From NCBI RefSeq assembly GCF_009914755.1, contig NC_060938.1: DNA of 64,000 nt; one strand, 5' to 3'. This DNA is from the human T2T-CHM13v2.0 reference genome, Homo sapiens. Made by a program: the position numbers and the translations under genes. The notes beneath the pieces are model-generated. The model saw nothing but the letters and a program-made list of their open reading frames with translations. It made no database searches and was not told the DNA's origin. How positions within the stretch are numbered: position 1 is the stretch's first letter; each line of letters starts with the position of its first letter. Below, in pieces: positions 1-14,311 of this stretch.

Positions 1-335
1 CTGACCCAGAGTTCTGGCATGGGCGTGCTCGCTTGCCGTGACTCACTCGGCTGTCCTGTGACTCATTCCTGCCCTGCCACACACATTCCCACCCTTATCC
101 TCTCTTTCCCACTGCTCTCTTATGCTTGGATGTTATTTCAGGAACTGAGTTACAGCTGGTCTTAATCCCAAAGCTTTTTCCAATGGATTCTGGGAACACA
201 ATTTTGTTTATTTATCACAGAGGAGGTTGCACCAAGAGGATAGACCTTGGCAATCTTCTCCTCTGTGGCACTGGCAGAAGGTGATTCTCAGAACAAAGTG
301 TGTGAAAGGAGGGATAGGAACTCAACGGTAGCGCC

Positions 336-480
336 CATGCATTATCTCATTTAATCTCACAACAACCCTGCCAGGCAGCTAATCCAAAGTGAGGAGCAAT
401 TACTGGGCTTCATTCCGCCTTAGAGGTGAGCAGACAGAGGCTTGGCAGGTTAAGGGACTGCACCAAAGCCATGCGGGCTG
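336..480 (-). mobile_element. MIR SINE fragment
   Basis: tctcatttaatctcacaacaaccctg...gaggcttggcaggttaag core. Confidence 0.65.
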
Positions 481-1565
481 CAGGGCCACGCCACCCTCGG
501 TCCACCAGCTAGGCATGGTTACACAAGAAGTCCCACCTTGGAAAGGGTTGTGAGGTCTACTCTACAATTACAGCCACAAAGGACACTGGCCAGGGACTGC
601 TTTGGAGGCAAGCGGTCCCGAAGCCATTTTAAGTCAGTCCCACTGTCACAGACCGGTGGTGTCTGGTAGGGAAAGCCAGCTGCTCTCTGATGCACCTGCT
701 TCTCCAGATACGCCAACCATAAAACCCATTTCCAGTCTCTCTTCAATGAATGAAACCCAAGTTCCCTAGGCATAGTCTGGAGGATGCCAGGATTTCCACC
801 TGGGAAGTGCTGGCCTTGGCAACACACAAATACAGGCGTTTGAGAGGGAGAGAAGACACCAGGGCAGCTAAGAGGGAAATGGGACAGAGTGGAGGGGGCA
901 GAGTGTATGCAAGGTAAAAAGAGGTCCCCAGCCGTGGTAGGGATGAAGGCCAGGCTGCTGCAGAGATATGTTCCTAGGGCAGGGTGGGTGGCTCCAAGGG
1001 GTGGGGCCTTAGCTCTTGGGACCAGGTGTGATCGTCTCAGGCTCCAATTGGACACTTTGAAGGGGAGGGCTCCCAGGAGGTTCAAGGGGGCTCCTGAGGG
1101 GAACCCTGGCCACGGAGTAACAGGGGCTGCTGGCAGTGTGGGCGGAGCCGGTCAGAGGGCAGGCAGGCAGGGCACTGGCCATCTGCTGCAGGTCAGAGAG
1201 CACTGAGCAGGGTACCAGGGCACAGGTACCAGCCTGGCTGGAACATTGAGTGCCATGGGCCACTGGTGTGTGGACAAGCCAGTCAATGCAGCGGGGTTGG
1301 TACTGGCTTTTCACACTGGGAGTGTGACTTATGCATGGGTTGTGAAATCTACTCAGGGGTCTTGATCAAAAGTGCTTTGTAAGGAAAGAAGATAGAATAG
1401 AATGAAAAATATCACAGTGCCTCTCATGGATGAAGGATAAATACTGTTTCATGAGACTGTTGCTTGTTTGATGGATGTGTTGCATATGTATAAATGTAGA
1501 ATGTATTTCACTGAGAGTTATGATTTAAACAAAACCAAAATCCTTTGAGGAACGGTGGATTCGCT

Positions 1566-1737
1566 CAGTGATTCTCACACTGGCGCCTGCCTCAGAGACA
1601 CCTGGGGGTCTTGTTAAACCACAGATGGCTGGATCCCACCCCCAATTTATAAAACTGGGGGCTAAGAATTTGCATTTCTAATGAGTATTTAGGTAACGTT
1701 GACACTGCTGCTCCAGGACCTCACTTTGAGAACCATG
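1566..1737. mobile_element. MER5A-like hAT-Charlie MITE
   Basis: TIR-like ends cagtgattctca...tgagaacca; internal gaatttgcatttctaa. Confidence 0.75.
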
Positions 1738-4487
1738 GGCTTGGAGGATGTCTCAGCCTCCCGTAGATGAGAACAGATGATTCTAACCGTGGGCATGAGT
1801 GTGTATTTGGCAAATTCATCCACACGGTGGGAGGGCGGTTGGGGCTGGGTCCTATTAGCTTTGAGTCAATGTAGGCCAAGATTAGAAATCAGAAAGCAAT
1901 GAAACTGCAAAGAACCCCTGCCCTTCTTGCCTCAACTGCATCAGTCACTTCTGTTTCTGAAGAGCAGAGCAGGCTTCCTCCTCTTGGAGAAGGACAGAGT
2001 GAGGCGGGGCTGCTGGCCCCCTCCCCACATTCCAATGGGCTTCACTTCACACAGCTTCCCTGGAGCCACCTTAATCAATAGACCTGAGGCATTCACTTGA
2101 GAGTGAGAACGCACACATTCCTCAGATGCCCTGAAGGTAAACTGAGAGAGTCGGCTGCTCCCCGACCAAAGACAGGACGCCCTAACCTACAGGTGCTAGG
2201 AGCTCTGCAACCCCACCTTCTGATGGCCACCCCTGCCCCACAGCCCCTAGACCTCCCAGGAATGCCGAAATGCTCAGCGTTTTTTTCCCTCTGCCCTCAC
2301 CAGGCTGTCTCCTCTCCCTCTCCCCTTACACCACTCCCTCTAGGATACCCAGCATCCCCACAGGCTCAGCTCAGATGGCTCCTCTTCCAGAAAGCCTTCC
2401 CTGAATGACTGACACAGCCATGGCCACTCCTATGCAGACATCCATCTCAGCCTGGATCCCACTGGACTATAAATATCTGTCCCCTCATCTCTCCTGCTCC
2501 TCACTTCACCTCCTTCGTGGAGCTCAGCACCTGCTCTGAGTCAATATTAATGAATGCAACTTCTCCCACCTCACCCCTGAGGACCAGCAGAGTCTGATTT
2601 GGGACAAGGGTCAGGGGAGGGACAGAGGTGCAGACAGCAGCCTGCACTCAAGGGGTACACTGCACCCCCACCACCCCTTATCAGCTCCATCCGCATGATG
2701 CCAGGCAGAAGGGAGAAGGGCTGTGTCCTCTGGAAGCCCTGGGAAAGCGGCCCTTCCCCGACCCCACACATTTCAGTGGAAACACACTCCCCAGTGCCCA
2801 TAGATGAAATCTCCAGGGCCCTGGCCCCTGAGGAGAGCTCCCATCTGCTCTGGGGCAAGGCTAATCCCAGGTACTGAGCCAGCCCCCAGGCCCCCATCAC
2901 CCCCAAGAAGATCTGGCCCAGTGGGGCAGTGCCACCCAGGATGTCTGACCCCTGGTCCCTGCATCTGCCTGCACCTTCCTCAGTGACCCACCCAGCACCC
3001 TTGACAACATGGCACTGACACCTGTCCCCCAGGCCACCCCCCACCCCTCTCCCAATGTCTTATTGGCCCTGGGAGTCAGAGGTGCCAGGCCTTACCCTCC
3101 CCGCCAGCGCCTCATGCCTTCTCAGGCAGGGGTCTTCCCCACAGAGGGACCCTCCCTGAACCCCCCAGACCTGCCTGGCTGGCTGGCCCTGCCTTCCCTG
3201 ACATCTCCCTCTTCCTGGGCCATCTGTACTGCAGCCCAAGGGAGCAAGAATGGTTCAATGACCACACACACGTCACCACAGTCCTCCTCAGCCCTAAACC
3301 CCAGCGGCCCGTGGACAGACGCTTTTAAAGCAAAATTATGGCTGCACAAGAACACATCCTCAGAATGTACTCTTTTCAACAAGGACTTGAGAAATGACAG
3401 CCTTCTACTAGATGAACATGTCTTTCCATTGAAAAGGACTGTGCCAAAATATAGGGTTTACACTTTTTTGTTTTTATTACACGCAAGTTTTTAAACTTCA
3501 CATAAAACTCATGGTCTCCAAAGAAATCCTCCTGACACCCCAAGGTGAGGGACCCCAGCCTGAAGGATAAAGTCAGTGTTCCTTGGACCCTCAAGGACGG
3601 TGCCTCCTGCCAGCCCTACAGTCCTAACTGGCCAGGGTGCTCCCTGCGCTGCATGCCAGCTGCACCACACTGCCTGTGTTTCCAGAATATTAGAGTCTGG
3701 GTGCCACAGCTCCAGTTAGTTCTGCCTGGAGAGTCCTTCCCCCACTCTGCCCCACCCGCCCCTCCGCACCTGCTTCTAGCTGACTCTTCCCTGTCTCTTT
3801 CAGCTCACAGCCACTGCAGGTGCAGAGGAGAAATCTTTTCAGCCTCTGCTCCTCCTGGTAGAAGCGACTTCTCCTTTCTTTGGGTCCCCACAGGGCCCAG
3901 TGGCTGTTGCCATTTATGACATGTTTACTAAGCATTTGACATGATTTTCTTATATTCTCTTACATTCTTTCTTATATTTCTTACACCTTGGAGGTAGGTC
4001 CTGTTATTGTTCCCATTTCTCAGTGAGAAGACCAAGGATTGGGGAGGCCTGGCAAGGTGAGGGATAGAGTGAGACCCGGAGCCGGCACTTCCACCGCGAT
4101 GCCGTGTTTCACTGTCCGTGTTGCTGGCACGAACCACAGGAGCTCCCTGAGGAGGGGTTTGTCATGTTCATCTTCCTGACTGATCGGCTGGAGATTGGAG
4201 CTGCCATTATTTTAAACCACCTTCTTGGGGGTATAATTGGTAAATAAGACACTTCACATATTTCAGCTGCACAGTTTGATAAGTTTTAGATATACACCTA
4301 TAAAGCCAACACCCGTCCATAAAATGAACATACCCGCCTCCCCTTTAAGCTCCCTGGCTGGTTTTGTAATTCCCACCTCCCACCTACACCCTCTCCCAGC
4401 CACCACTGATCTGCTGACTGTCGTTGTAGATTTGTTTGCATTTCCTAGAGTTTTGTACATGAATGGAATGGGATGACACAGAAAATA

Positions 4488-4936
4488 CAGGTGACCCCTG
4501 AACAACACAGATTTGAACTGTGTGGGTCCCCTCATACACAGATGTCTTCTGCCCCTGCCACCCTCGAGACAGCAAGACCAACCCCTCCTCTTCCTCCTCC
4601 TCCTCCTCCTCCTCAGCCTACTCAACATCAGGACGATAAGGATGAAGAACTTTATGATGACCCACTTCCACTTCATAAACAGTAAATACATTTTCTCTTT
4701 CTTATGATTTTCTTAATATCATTTTCTTTTCTCTAGCTTACTTTATTGTAAGAATATAGTATGTAATATATACAACATACAAAGTATGTATTAATCAACT
4801 TTATGTTATCAGTAAGGCTTCCAGTCAACAGTAGCTATTAGCAGTTAAGTTTTGGGGGATTCAAAAGTTAGACTTAAATTTTCAAGTGTGCAAGGGCCTG
4901 GTACCCCTAACCCCTGCAATGTGCAAGGGTCAACTG
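4488..4936 (+). mobile_element. Tigger2a (MER28) non-autonomous Tc1/mariner element, full length
   Basis: TIRs caggtgacccctgaacaa / gtgcaagggtcaactg with TA target duplication at 4486-87 and 4937-38; characteristic (CCT)n segment. Confidence 0.9.
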
Positions 4937-5222
4937 TACTCTTTTTAGAGAGAGGGGTCTGATTTTTTCACTCAGGATGGTTATTTTGAGATTCATCCAT
5001 GTCGTTGCCTGTATCAGTGGTTTGTTCCTTTTTGTTACTGAGTACTATTCCATAGCATTCCTGTGCCACAGATTGTGGATTCATGCACCCACGGATGGAT
5101 AGTTTCCAACAAAGCTGTGATGAATACTTGTGTGTGCACATATGCTTTCATTTCTCTTGTGTAAATACCTAGGAGTGGAATGGCTGGATCACATGGTAGG
5201 TGTATATTTAAGAAACTGCCAA

Positions 5223-5345
5223 GGCCAGGCGTGGTGGCTCACACCTGTGATCCCAGCACTCTGGGAGGCCAAGGTGAGAGGATCACTTGAGCCCAGGAGT
5301 TTGAGATGAGCCTGGGCAACACATGGAGATCCTGTTTCATAAAAG
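5223..5345 (+). mobile_element. Alu left monomer (FLAM_C-like)
   Basis: ggccaggcgtggtggctcacacctgtgatcccagcac...gagcccaggagtttgag; single monomer. Confidence 0.85.
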
Positions 5346-5375
5346 AGGGGTGGGGTGGGGAGGGAAGGGGAAGGG

Positions 5376-5455
5376 AGGAGAGGAGAGGAGAGGAGAGGAG
5401 AGGAGAGGAGAGGAGAGGAGAGGAGAGGAGAGGAGAGGAGAGGAGAGGAGAGGAG
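5376..5455 (+). repeat. (AGGAG)16 pentanucleotide polypurine microsatellite in the Alu tail
   Basis: Direct count of 16 perfect units. Confidence 0.95.
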
Positions 5456-6329
5456 GGACTGCAAAACTGTTTTCCAAAGTGGCTGCACCTCTTTACATAC
5501 CCAGCAGCCATGTGTGAATTCCAATTCCTGCACGGCCTTGACAACACTGTACGGTCAGTCTTTTCATCTTAGCCCTTCTGGTAGCATGTCATGCTGGCTC
5601 ACTGTGGCTTGCATTTCTCACTGGTTTTGGCATTTGTGGTGTAGGACGGCCTAACTGAGCTCCCAGACTCTGTGCTGAGCACTTCCCAGGGATCTCCTCC
5701 TTGAAAGCTCCTTGGTGTGCTGAGCACCGGGCCTGCTGGCTGATGGCTAAGGGGGTGAGCAGCTGAGTGACTGAGTGACAAAGACACTTGGCCAACAGGG
5801 ACCTGCTCCAATTCTCAGGGTGCTGCCAGCCAACTCCCTGCAGGCAACTCTCTGAGGACAGAACCAAGCACCATGAAGCAACAGCCAAAGCCAGTAAAAG
5901 CAGAAGACAAATGGAGTCACCCACAGGTGCATGGGGCTTTCTGAGCTCCCCAGCAGCACATCCATGGGGCCTCTCTCCCATCTCCTACAGGTCCCAGACA
6001 GATTCCTGTGTAGGGCCTGGAATTTCTGAACAACTCATGCAGCTGCCAGGGGTTCTCCTGGAATAAGGATTGAAAATCAACAACTTTTGAGTTCAGGGAC
6101 CTGAATCCAGTCCAACTCCTCTGAACTCTGAGCCTTTTGTTCTCATTTGAACATAAACTGCCTCTGGGCACAGCCCTTGCCTATTTTGATCACAACACGT
6201 GGCACTTACTGACACACAGTAAGTGCTCACACACATTTGTGAATGAAAGATACATCTGGAAAATATAAACTACAATACCTACCTCGGTTGGTGCTTAGTA
6301 GGTACTCAGAAAGTGTTCTTTTATTTGAT

Positions 6330-6449
6330 TATTTTTAGAGACAGGGTCTTGCTATGTTGCCCAGGCTGGTCTCAAACTTTCTAGGCCCAAGATTTCTGCC
6401 TCAGCCTCCCAAGTAGCTGGGACTACAGTCACGAGCCACCATGCCTGGC
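6330..6449 (-). mobile_element. Alu monomer (FLAM/FAM-like)
   Basis: gagacagggtcttgctatgttgcccaggctggtctc...gagccaccatgcctggc. Confidence 0.8.
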
Positions 6450-8094
6450 TTATTTTTTTTTGAAAAGAAAGAAGTGTGGAGCCAGGATGGACATCTCTCT
6501 GCCCTCATTAGTCCTTGATTTCACATGCTGCTGGCTCAGGGGAACTGAGAAAGGCAGGAATCAGAGGCAAGAGTGGGCCTCAGCACAGACTCTGTAACCC
6601 CAAAATAAGAGGCTTCCTTCAGGCCACGAGTGGGGGCAGAACAGGCTCTGGAATGGGGTTAGGAGTCATGGTTCCAGCGTGGGCTCCACCGCCAACTTGC
6701 TCCCAAACCCCAGTTTCCTCAATGGTCAGAGTGGAGCAATAGTTCACACCTGACTTCCACCCACTCTGAGACGAGTGAGCTTTAAGTTGGAAGGTTGTTG
6801 TGAAGGACAAGGCAACGTCCGATTCACCTTGGGGCTTTTTCTAACGGAATCAGTTAGTAAGGGAAATACACGCTGCTGAGAGGCCCTGCCCTATCCCAAT
6901 GTAAAGGACTATCACCGTCATCTCTTGTTCTGGCAAGCTAAAGGCTAATTATACCATATTTCCATGTTATAACGCATAATAGCCATGGGCTATAACCGAT
7001 TATGGCATGCACAGCAGTCTGGAGTAAATGCTATATTGTTCCAAGCTATAATTCCAACCTGTAACAGCTGGAGACCTTGGCAGGAGCTAGCTCTGTGCCC
7101 AGCTATTTTCTACAGCACCATACAGGGCTTCAGAAGCAAACATCCTATCAGGTAGATGCCATGGCCAGCCCTTTATTACAGATAGGAAACAAGGCACAGA
7201 GATATTAAATAACTTTCCCAAAAGCATGCAGAGCCAAGATTGAACTTCAGGCAGGCCAGCTGCAGAGGCTTCCTGTTACCCTGAACTATACTGAGCTTGT
7301 AGACAAGTGTCCAGCAAGCCCCTGGTCAGCATGCTGAGGCTGGCTGCAGAGCCAAAGGTGTAAGTCAAGTAAGAGCTGCTGCTGGTTGGTGGGTGAAAGA
7401 GCTATGAAGAGTTCCCCATGGTGGCCTGACTCCACAGCTCAACCTGACACTCTTCAGATATGGCCCAGGGCAAGTGTTCACCACATGGGCCAGGCCTGTG
7501 GCCCTATCGGCAAAGCCATGCATTGCCATCCACCTTCTCACACCTGCAGGCTGTGGCACGCAGTACCAGCCAGCATGCCCCACTCAGCTCTGCATCATCC
7601 GTTGATATGTCTACCTTCCCATTAGAATGTCCCGCTCAAGGGCAGAGGCTATGTCTCATCCCCTCTGTATCCTCAGGCCTGGGACACAGCTGGCACAGAG
7701 GAGGAGGGCAGTGCTGCTTATTCAATAAATACACACAACATCAACTTCTTGGAAAGGCAGGACTGGCTGTTCTTGGGGCCAGGTCAGGGTAGGGAGTTGC
7801 TGGAACTGCCCCCAGATTTTAGGCTGGCTCTAGATCTCGGGTTGCGGGGTAAGCCTCACGGGATGACAGGACATTCCAGTGAGCCAATGAAAGATTCTGT
7901 GGAAACCTCCCTGCAGGTAACATGTGACAGTTGGACTTGTCCTTCGGAATTCTCTTATCTAGCTGTGCCGTTTTATGGATGAGGAGACTTAGTGAAGGAA
8001 GTAGACCCGCCCAAGATCTGGCAGCAGCTCAGTGTAGAGTGATGGCCAAGACCTATCTTGTGCCTCTGAGAAGGATCATTCTATTTCTTCAAAA

Positions 8095-9640
8095 TGACTC
8101 ACAGAGAAAGAAACAATCAACCCTTGTATTTACAGACAGTTAATTTTCAACAAGGGTGCCAAGACAATTCAATGGAAAAGGATAATCTTTTCAACAGTGG
8201 TGATGGGACAACTGGATATCCACATGAAAAAGAATGAGATTAGACTCTTACATCACACCGTATACTAAAATTAACTCCAAATAGATCAAAGACCTACACG
8301 TAAGAGCCAAAGCTACAAAACTCTGAAGAAGAAAACATACGCATCAATCTTCCTGACCTTGGAATACGCAATGGTTTCTTAGATGTGATAGCAAAGGCAC
8401 AGCAACAAAATAAAAAAATAGATAAATTAGGCATCATCAAAATTAAAACTTTTGTACTTCAAAGGCAAAAATGTTAAAAAAAAAAAAAAAAGTGACACCA
8501 TCAAGAAAGTGAAAAGATGTCCCACAGAATGGAACAAAATTTTTGCAAATCACATATCCGATAAGGGACTTACATCTAGAAAATCCAAAGAACTCTTAAA
8601 ACTCAATAATAAACAGACAACCCAATTATAAAATAGGCAAATGATTTGAATAGACATTTCTTTAAATCATACCTACATCTAAGATGGCCAATGAGCACAC
8701 TGAGAAGCCCAGAAAGCACAGAAAAGATTCTCAACATCACTAGCCATCAGGGAAATGCAAATTAAAACCAAAATGGGATACTAATTCACACCCATTAGAA
8801 TAGCTATAATCAAAGGAAGATAATAACCAGTGTTGGTGAAGATGTAGGGAAGTTGGAACCCTTATATGCTGCTGGTAGAAACAGAAAATGGTGCAGTGAC
8901 TTTGGAAAACAGCCTGGTAGTTCTTCAAATATTAAACATAGAGCTTCCATCAGATCCAGCAATTCTACTCTTACATATATACTCAAGAGAAATGAAAACA
9001 TATGTCCACACAAAAACTTGTGCACAAATGTTCATGATAGCCAAAAAAAGTGGGAGCAACCCAAATGTCCATCAACTGATAAATGGATAAGGAAATCGTG
9101 GTCTATCCATACAATGGAATATTATTCACCTGTGAAAAAGAATGAAGTGCTGACATATGCCACAATATAGAGAAACCTTGGAAACGTTGTGCTAAATGAA
9201 AGAAGCCAGTCACAAAGGTCCCATGTATTGTATGATTTCATTGATGTGAAATGTGTAGAACAGGCAAATTTACAGAGGCAGAAAGTAGATTAGTGGTTTC
9301 CTAGGGCTAGGGAGGTGGGAGGGTTGGGAGTTGACTGTGAAGGAGTGCAGGGGTTCTGTTGGAGGTAGTAAGAATATTCTAAAAATGATTGTGGTGACGG
9401 CTGTACAGCTCTGTGAATATACTAAGAGGCATTGAGGGTAGGCGAGGTGGCTCATGCCTGTAATCCCTACACTTTGGGAGGCCGAGGTGGGAGGACTGCT
9501 TGAGGCCAGGAGTTTGAGACCACCCTGGCCAACACAGTAAGAACCTGGCTCTATTTTTTTTTAAAGCACTGAATTGTACACTTTAAATGGGTGAATTGTA
9601 TATTATATGAATTATATCTCAATAAAGCTGTTTTTTAAAA
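8095..9640 (+). mobile_element. L1MB-type LINE 3' end (decayed ORF2 C-terminus plus 3'UTR) with an Alu monomer at ~9436-9560
   Basis: ttttcaacaagggtgccaagacaattcaatgg, caacccaaatgtccatcaactgataaatgg, atggaatattattca; ends ctcaataaagctgttttttaaaa. The 8853-9170 ORF is a degenerate ORF2 remnant (KWEQPKCPSTDKWI). Confidence 0.88.
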
Positions 9641-10737
9641 CATCAGCATCCCAAAACTAGGAGGGCCATTAAAACTGACCTAATCTAATCAACCATCTCT
9701 GCTTGAATTTCCTTAAAAATACACCCACCAAAGGCTGCCAAGATTCTTGAACACCTTCAGTGATGGGTGGCTCACTGCCTTCTTCAGGCAGCCTATTCTG
9801 TTGTTACATAGCTCAGGCTCAAAGGAAGTTTTTCCTTCCAGGAAGCTAAAACCTGTACCTTATAAATGGGGTGCCAATGTAAAGGAAGCTAAGAAGCTGC
9901 TTGAGACCTTTTTTTCCAAATGGAGAACAGTACGTTCCATTTACTGAGCAGGTATTAGGTGCTAGTCAATATGCCCCTCCCTCTCCAAGCATTTATTAAT
10001 GCACTTGCTTTTTAAGACAACTTTAATGGTTGGTATAATCATCCCCGTATCAGAGATAAGGAAACTGAGGCTCAGAGAGGTGAGATAACTTGAGTATAAA
10101 ATTTCAGAACTGGTTTTGCCCAGGAGGCAGAGCTGGAATTTGAACCTAGGTGTATTGAACTCCGGAGCTGCAGCTGTCCCAGCTGCTGAGCCAGACTGCT
10201 TCTGAGAGCCTGACACCATTTCAGCATCCCTATGGGTCTTATAGACCTTATATAAATGACATGAAATTTTTGAATCAAACAACAGAACAAACAGAAAAAA
10301 ACTCTGCCTCCCAAAAGAGATGCTGAATGCAGCCCCATGGGATGGGCAAAATGCCTGCCTGGGAGAAGAGGGGTGGCCACCAGTGGCTGCATCGCTGTGG
10401 GAAGCCAGCCGCCACGGACAGCCTTAGAGGAAAATAAAGCTGAGTGATGCCCTCAGGGGCATACAAATAGCCTTGAGCGCCAGGGTTCTCAACCCAACAG
10501 CCCATCATTTGGTGTTTGGAATTCCGGTGAGGAATAAACTCCCCCTGTGAAAGCTACTCAATCCAATTCAATAGCATTTGTTGAGATAATTTTTTTTTAA
10601 TTTTATACTTGAAAGGTAGGTCTTAATATTCATTCCTGTTTTATAGATGAGAATACTGAAGCTGAGCAGTTTCATGGCCTGCCCAAGATTCCAGAGATAG
10701 TAGCTGGGAGGCGAGAATTCAAATCTAACACCATTTA

Positions 10738-10860
10738 GCCAGGTGTGGTGGTGCCTGCCTGCAATCCCAGCTACTCAGGAGGCTGAGGTAGAAGGAGTTT
10801 GAAGCCAGCCTGGGCAACAAAGTGAGACCCCTGACTCTTAAAAAAAAGAAAAAAAAAGAC
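10738..10860 (+). mobile_element. Alu monomer fragment following a MIR
   Basis: gccaggtgtggtggtgcctgcctgcaatcccagctactcaggaggctgagg...A-tail. Confidence 0.75.
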
Positions 10861-11515
10861 CATTTGACTTCCACATCCAGATGTGCTTGGCGCGGTGCCA
10901 CTAGGGCCTATAGGTTTCAAGCTCGGGTTCTCCAGATCACAAGCTCTAAATGAGAGTGCTATGGGTGTTAAATGCAGAGGCACAGAGCCTAGAGAAAGGA
11001 GCAATGATTCTTATGAAGATTCCAGGAGAGGCTCATAGAGGAAGGGATACCCTGGCTGGGATGTGAAGGATGAGCAGGGTCTGAATAAGATGAGAAGTGG
11101 GAAAGGGCATAACGAGTGGATGGACTGGCGAGACCAAAAGCTGGGAGATGGGGAAGTGCAAGGCCAAGTTCAGGCTGCAGGATGGGTTTGGCAATTGTTA
11201 ACAAAGAGAGACGGGAGGAGGCCATACTGGAGAGCAGGCTGAGGGGACTGAACAGCACAGGATTCCAAAGGGTTGTGTGGGTTTTACTCTGTGGGCAATA
11301 GGGAGCCAGTGAGGGTTTGTGAGCAAGAGAGTGGCACAGCCTACTCAGTGACAGGACCCACAGGCAGTCAGGGCAGCATCTGCTCAATGGTGTGAAAACC
11401 ACACTGGACCAAGCAGGGCCCTTGCAACAGGGCACCTTAAGTCACATGCTAGGAAATGCCTTGTAAGGTGCCGTTTAACCCTAAGGCATCCTATTTATTG
11501 TAAACCTGCTCTTCA

Positions 11516-11880
<365 letters not shown>

Positions 11881-13929
11881 TCAAGAACTGATTAAGCTTG
11901 CCAATGTCTAATGAACTGTGAGAGCAGCCTCCATTCCTTCCAAGAGTGTCTGTGCCCAGTCTGTCCTTACAGTCCTTTTCCCAGCAAAATGCCCAGCCGG
12001 GCCCACCTTGGACAATGCTGTTTGACAGTTAAGGAGTCTCCTGCCTGCTGCTACCCTGTCTCCTGCTCTGGGTTCATCTGCGACCCTATGATTGTCCTGG
12101 TAGGTGTCAAGGTTATCACTGGGTCTTGATCTTAGGGTGCCAAAGGAGACTCCTGTTGGTTGGGTAAAATGTTATCAAATGCTACTCACAATGGCAATAG
12201 TTCCCACGTGTGAGGCCTGCTGTGTGCCAGGCACTGGGCAGACACCATGAAGGCCCCCATCAACCTTCAAATCAGGGGTCATCGTGCTGCCTGACAGATG
12301 GGGAAACTGAAGCTGGCTCTCCTGCCCACGTCAGACAGTGACTGAGGCACAAAGTCAGAAGCAAGGCCAGGCCTGCATGGCTCCAGCACCTGTGCCAGGC
12401 TGTAAAATGTCGGCAGAATGAGGAAGTGAATCAGGAAGGCAAGGGAGGAGGGTTCCTTTTTGACTCAGAACAGGATTTCCCATCTCACACCCAACTGACT
12501 GAGAGACAGACGGGGTGGAGGGTGAGCCCCAGTGGCTCATGCTGGACTGTCCCCCGTGAACAGTCCTGAGCCTGGGACAAGCCCGAGGGGCCAGTGAGGC
12601 TTGGGATTATGGCAGCTGGGCCTGCGAAGCCTTCCCCAGTGGGCCTCTCAAGAGTATGGCTTGAAATGAATCAGGCAGAGCACCTTGACAGGGCAGCGGC
12701 TCCAAAACCCAGGTCTCTCCCACCTCTCATTCCACTCAGAGGGGCCGGGAGAAGATGAAGGCCATGCCCTAAAAGGACCCTAAGTGGATGGGCAGAGAGT
12801 CAGGTTGTGGTCGTCTTGTCTTCTGATCAAGAACTATACCAGACCCAATTTCTCTCCTTTCCAAAGCTTGGGAGATGCTTAATTCACTTAATGACAAATC
12901 CTTCAAAGCCTATGCCAGACACTGTGGTCAGTGTTGAAGATCACAGAGATGAACCAAACAGATAAGAGCATCCTGCCCTGACAAAGCTCAGTGTCTCTTT
13001 CTTCTTCTGCAAAGTGAGTGTTGCATTTGGAGGATTCTCAACACTGTGGACTCCCTCCCCTGATCCCTCCACTCCAGTCTCTCTAACATGGCATTTCTTA
13101 ACATGGGACCTTCTGGAATCCACCCATTTATGAATGTCCTGTGGGAAGCCCTAGCTAAATTCACATTCCAAAATGTCTCTGTGAGCTGGGGATTTTAACC
13201 AGCCTCCTCTGACATCATTCCTGGGATCAGGGGTGGGACCTGGATGGGCCACGAGGGCTCCATGAAATCTTAGGAAGCTTGTTCTCCTGGTGAGAACGTC
13301 TGGAATTCCCTCCTCCTCCCCTAAGACCCCCTATCTCACAGAAGATAAGAACATGTTTGCCACAAGCAATCCACAGTGTCCATCATTACATTCTCATTGT
13401 AAACAGCTCAGAATATTCTATGGAGTGAAGGTCACAAACTTTCTTGAACCACTTCCTTTTTCTTGGACAGTTATATTGCATTTTTGTTTTCTCCAGGCAA
13501 CTCAAATATTTGCAAAGTTATCATTTATGTAGCAAGTGAGCAAGCTGTGGACTCTTCCAGCCATGAAGCAGCACTCCTGCCGGGCTCAACCATCCACTCT
13601 CATACTCTTACACCCAAATGGTATTTTTCTGATCCGGAGCCATTGTTTTCTTAGGGCTCTGCACTTGCTCTTTAGCATCAGCTGCTGGCCCTCTTTTCAG
13701 GGCCATTTTAAACAAAGAAATAAAATTTGTGGTCACTTGGCCCGAGCTGGAAGATTAGGGCCAATTCAAATCTGGATGGTGTGAGGCTCCAGGGCTGGGC
13801 TGAGGGGGCCTGGCAGGGCTCACTCCTGGTGAGTCACTGCCCCAGCCCCTGTCCCCCCACACAGGGATTCACAAAGGCCTGCTTTTCCTGGGACACTTCC
13901 TAACAGCTGCTAAGGATTCAAACCTGACT

Positions 13930-14120
13930 TTGCTGCCAAATAAGCTATGTGGTCTTAGCCCAGTATATTTAACTCCTCTGACTTTGCCTTCTCATCTGTA
14001 ATATGGGGATGGTATTAGCATAAACTTCTCACTGCAGATCTGAAGACTAGGTGAGTTCATATTGGTAAAGTGCTTAGAACAATGCTGGCACACAGTAGGT
14101 GCTATATAACAAATAAATAA
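13930..14120 (+). mobile_element. MIR SINE
   Basis: ctcatctgtaatatggggat...gtaaagtgcttagaacaatgctggcacacagtagg. Confidence 0.7.
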
Positions 14121-14311
14121 TAAATTTGCAAATGTGACAGTTCTCCCGAGGGGAGAAAAAAAGATGCAATATAACAGTCCAGCAAGGAAAGTTTGTGACA
14201 TCCACCCACTCTACAGCATAATCTGGCCATTTACAACGAGAAATTAACACCCTAGAATAATGCACGGTCTGCAGAGAAAAAGAGCAGACTGCAAAGCGCT
14301 GCACTCTAGAG

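Larger units (their letters stand above)
4210..5625 (-). mobile_element. Old L1M (L1MB/MC-type) 3' fragment, interrupted by Tigger2a and an Alu monomer
   Basis: Antisense L1 3'UTR motifs: gagattcatccatgtcgttgc, ggagtggaatggctggatcacatggtagg, aactgttttccaaagtggctgcacc. Confidence 0.75.

Noticed and set aside
519-1314. 188-aa and neighbouring ORFs as possible SYNE3 coding exons
   Set aside because: No spectrin-repeat, CH-domain or coiled-coil character; no convincing splice-site pair identified.
5189-5654. ORFs with (EERRG)n or (SSPLL)n repeats
   Set aside because: Translations of the (AGGAG)16 microsatellite plus Alu/L1 sequence.
6950-7062. Weak inverted repeats (ATAGCC-ATG-GGCTAT) suggesting a hairpin RNA or ancient MITE
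   Set aside because: Stem too short and imperfect to assign without a Dfam/Rfam search.
8740-9170. ORFs resembling the L1 ORF2 C-terminus
   Set aside because: Frameshifted relics of an old L1MB copy, not a gene.
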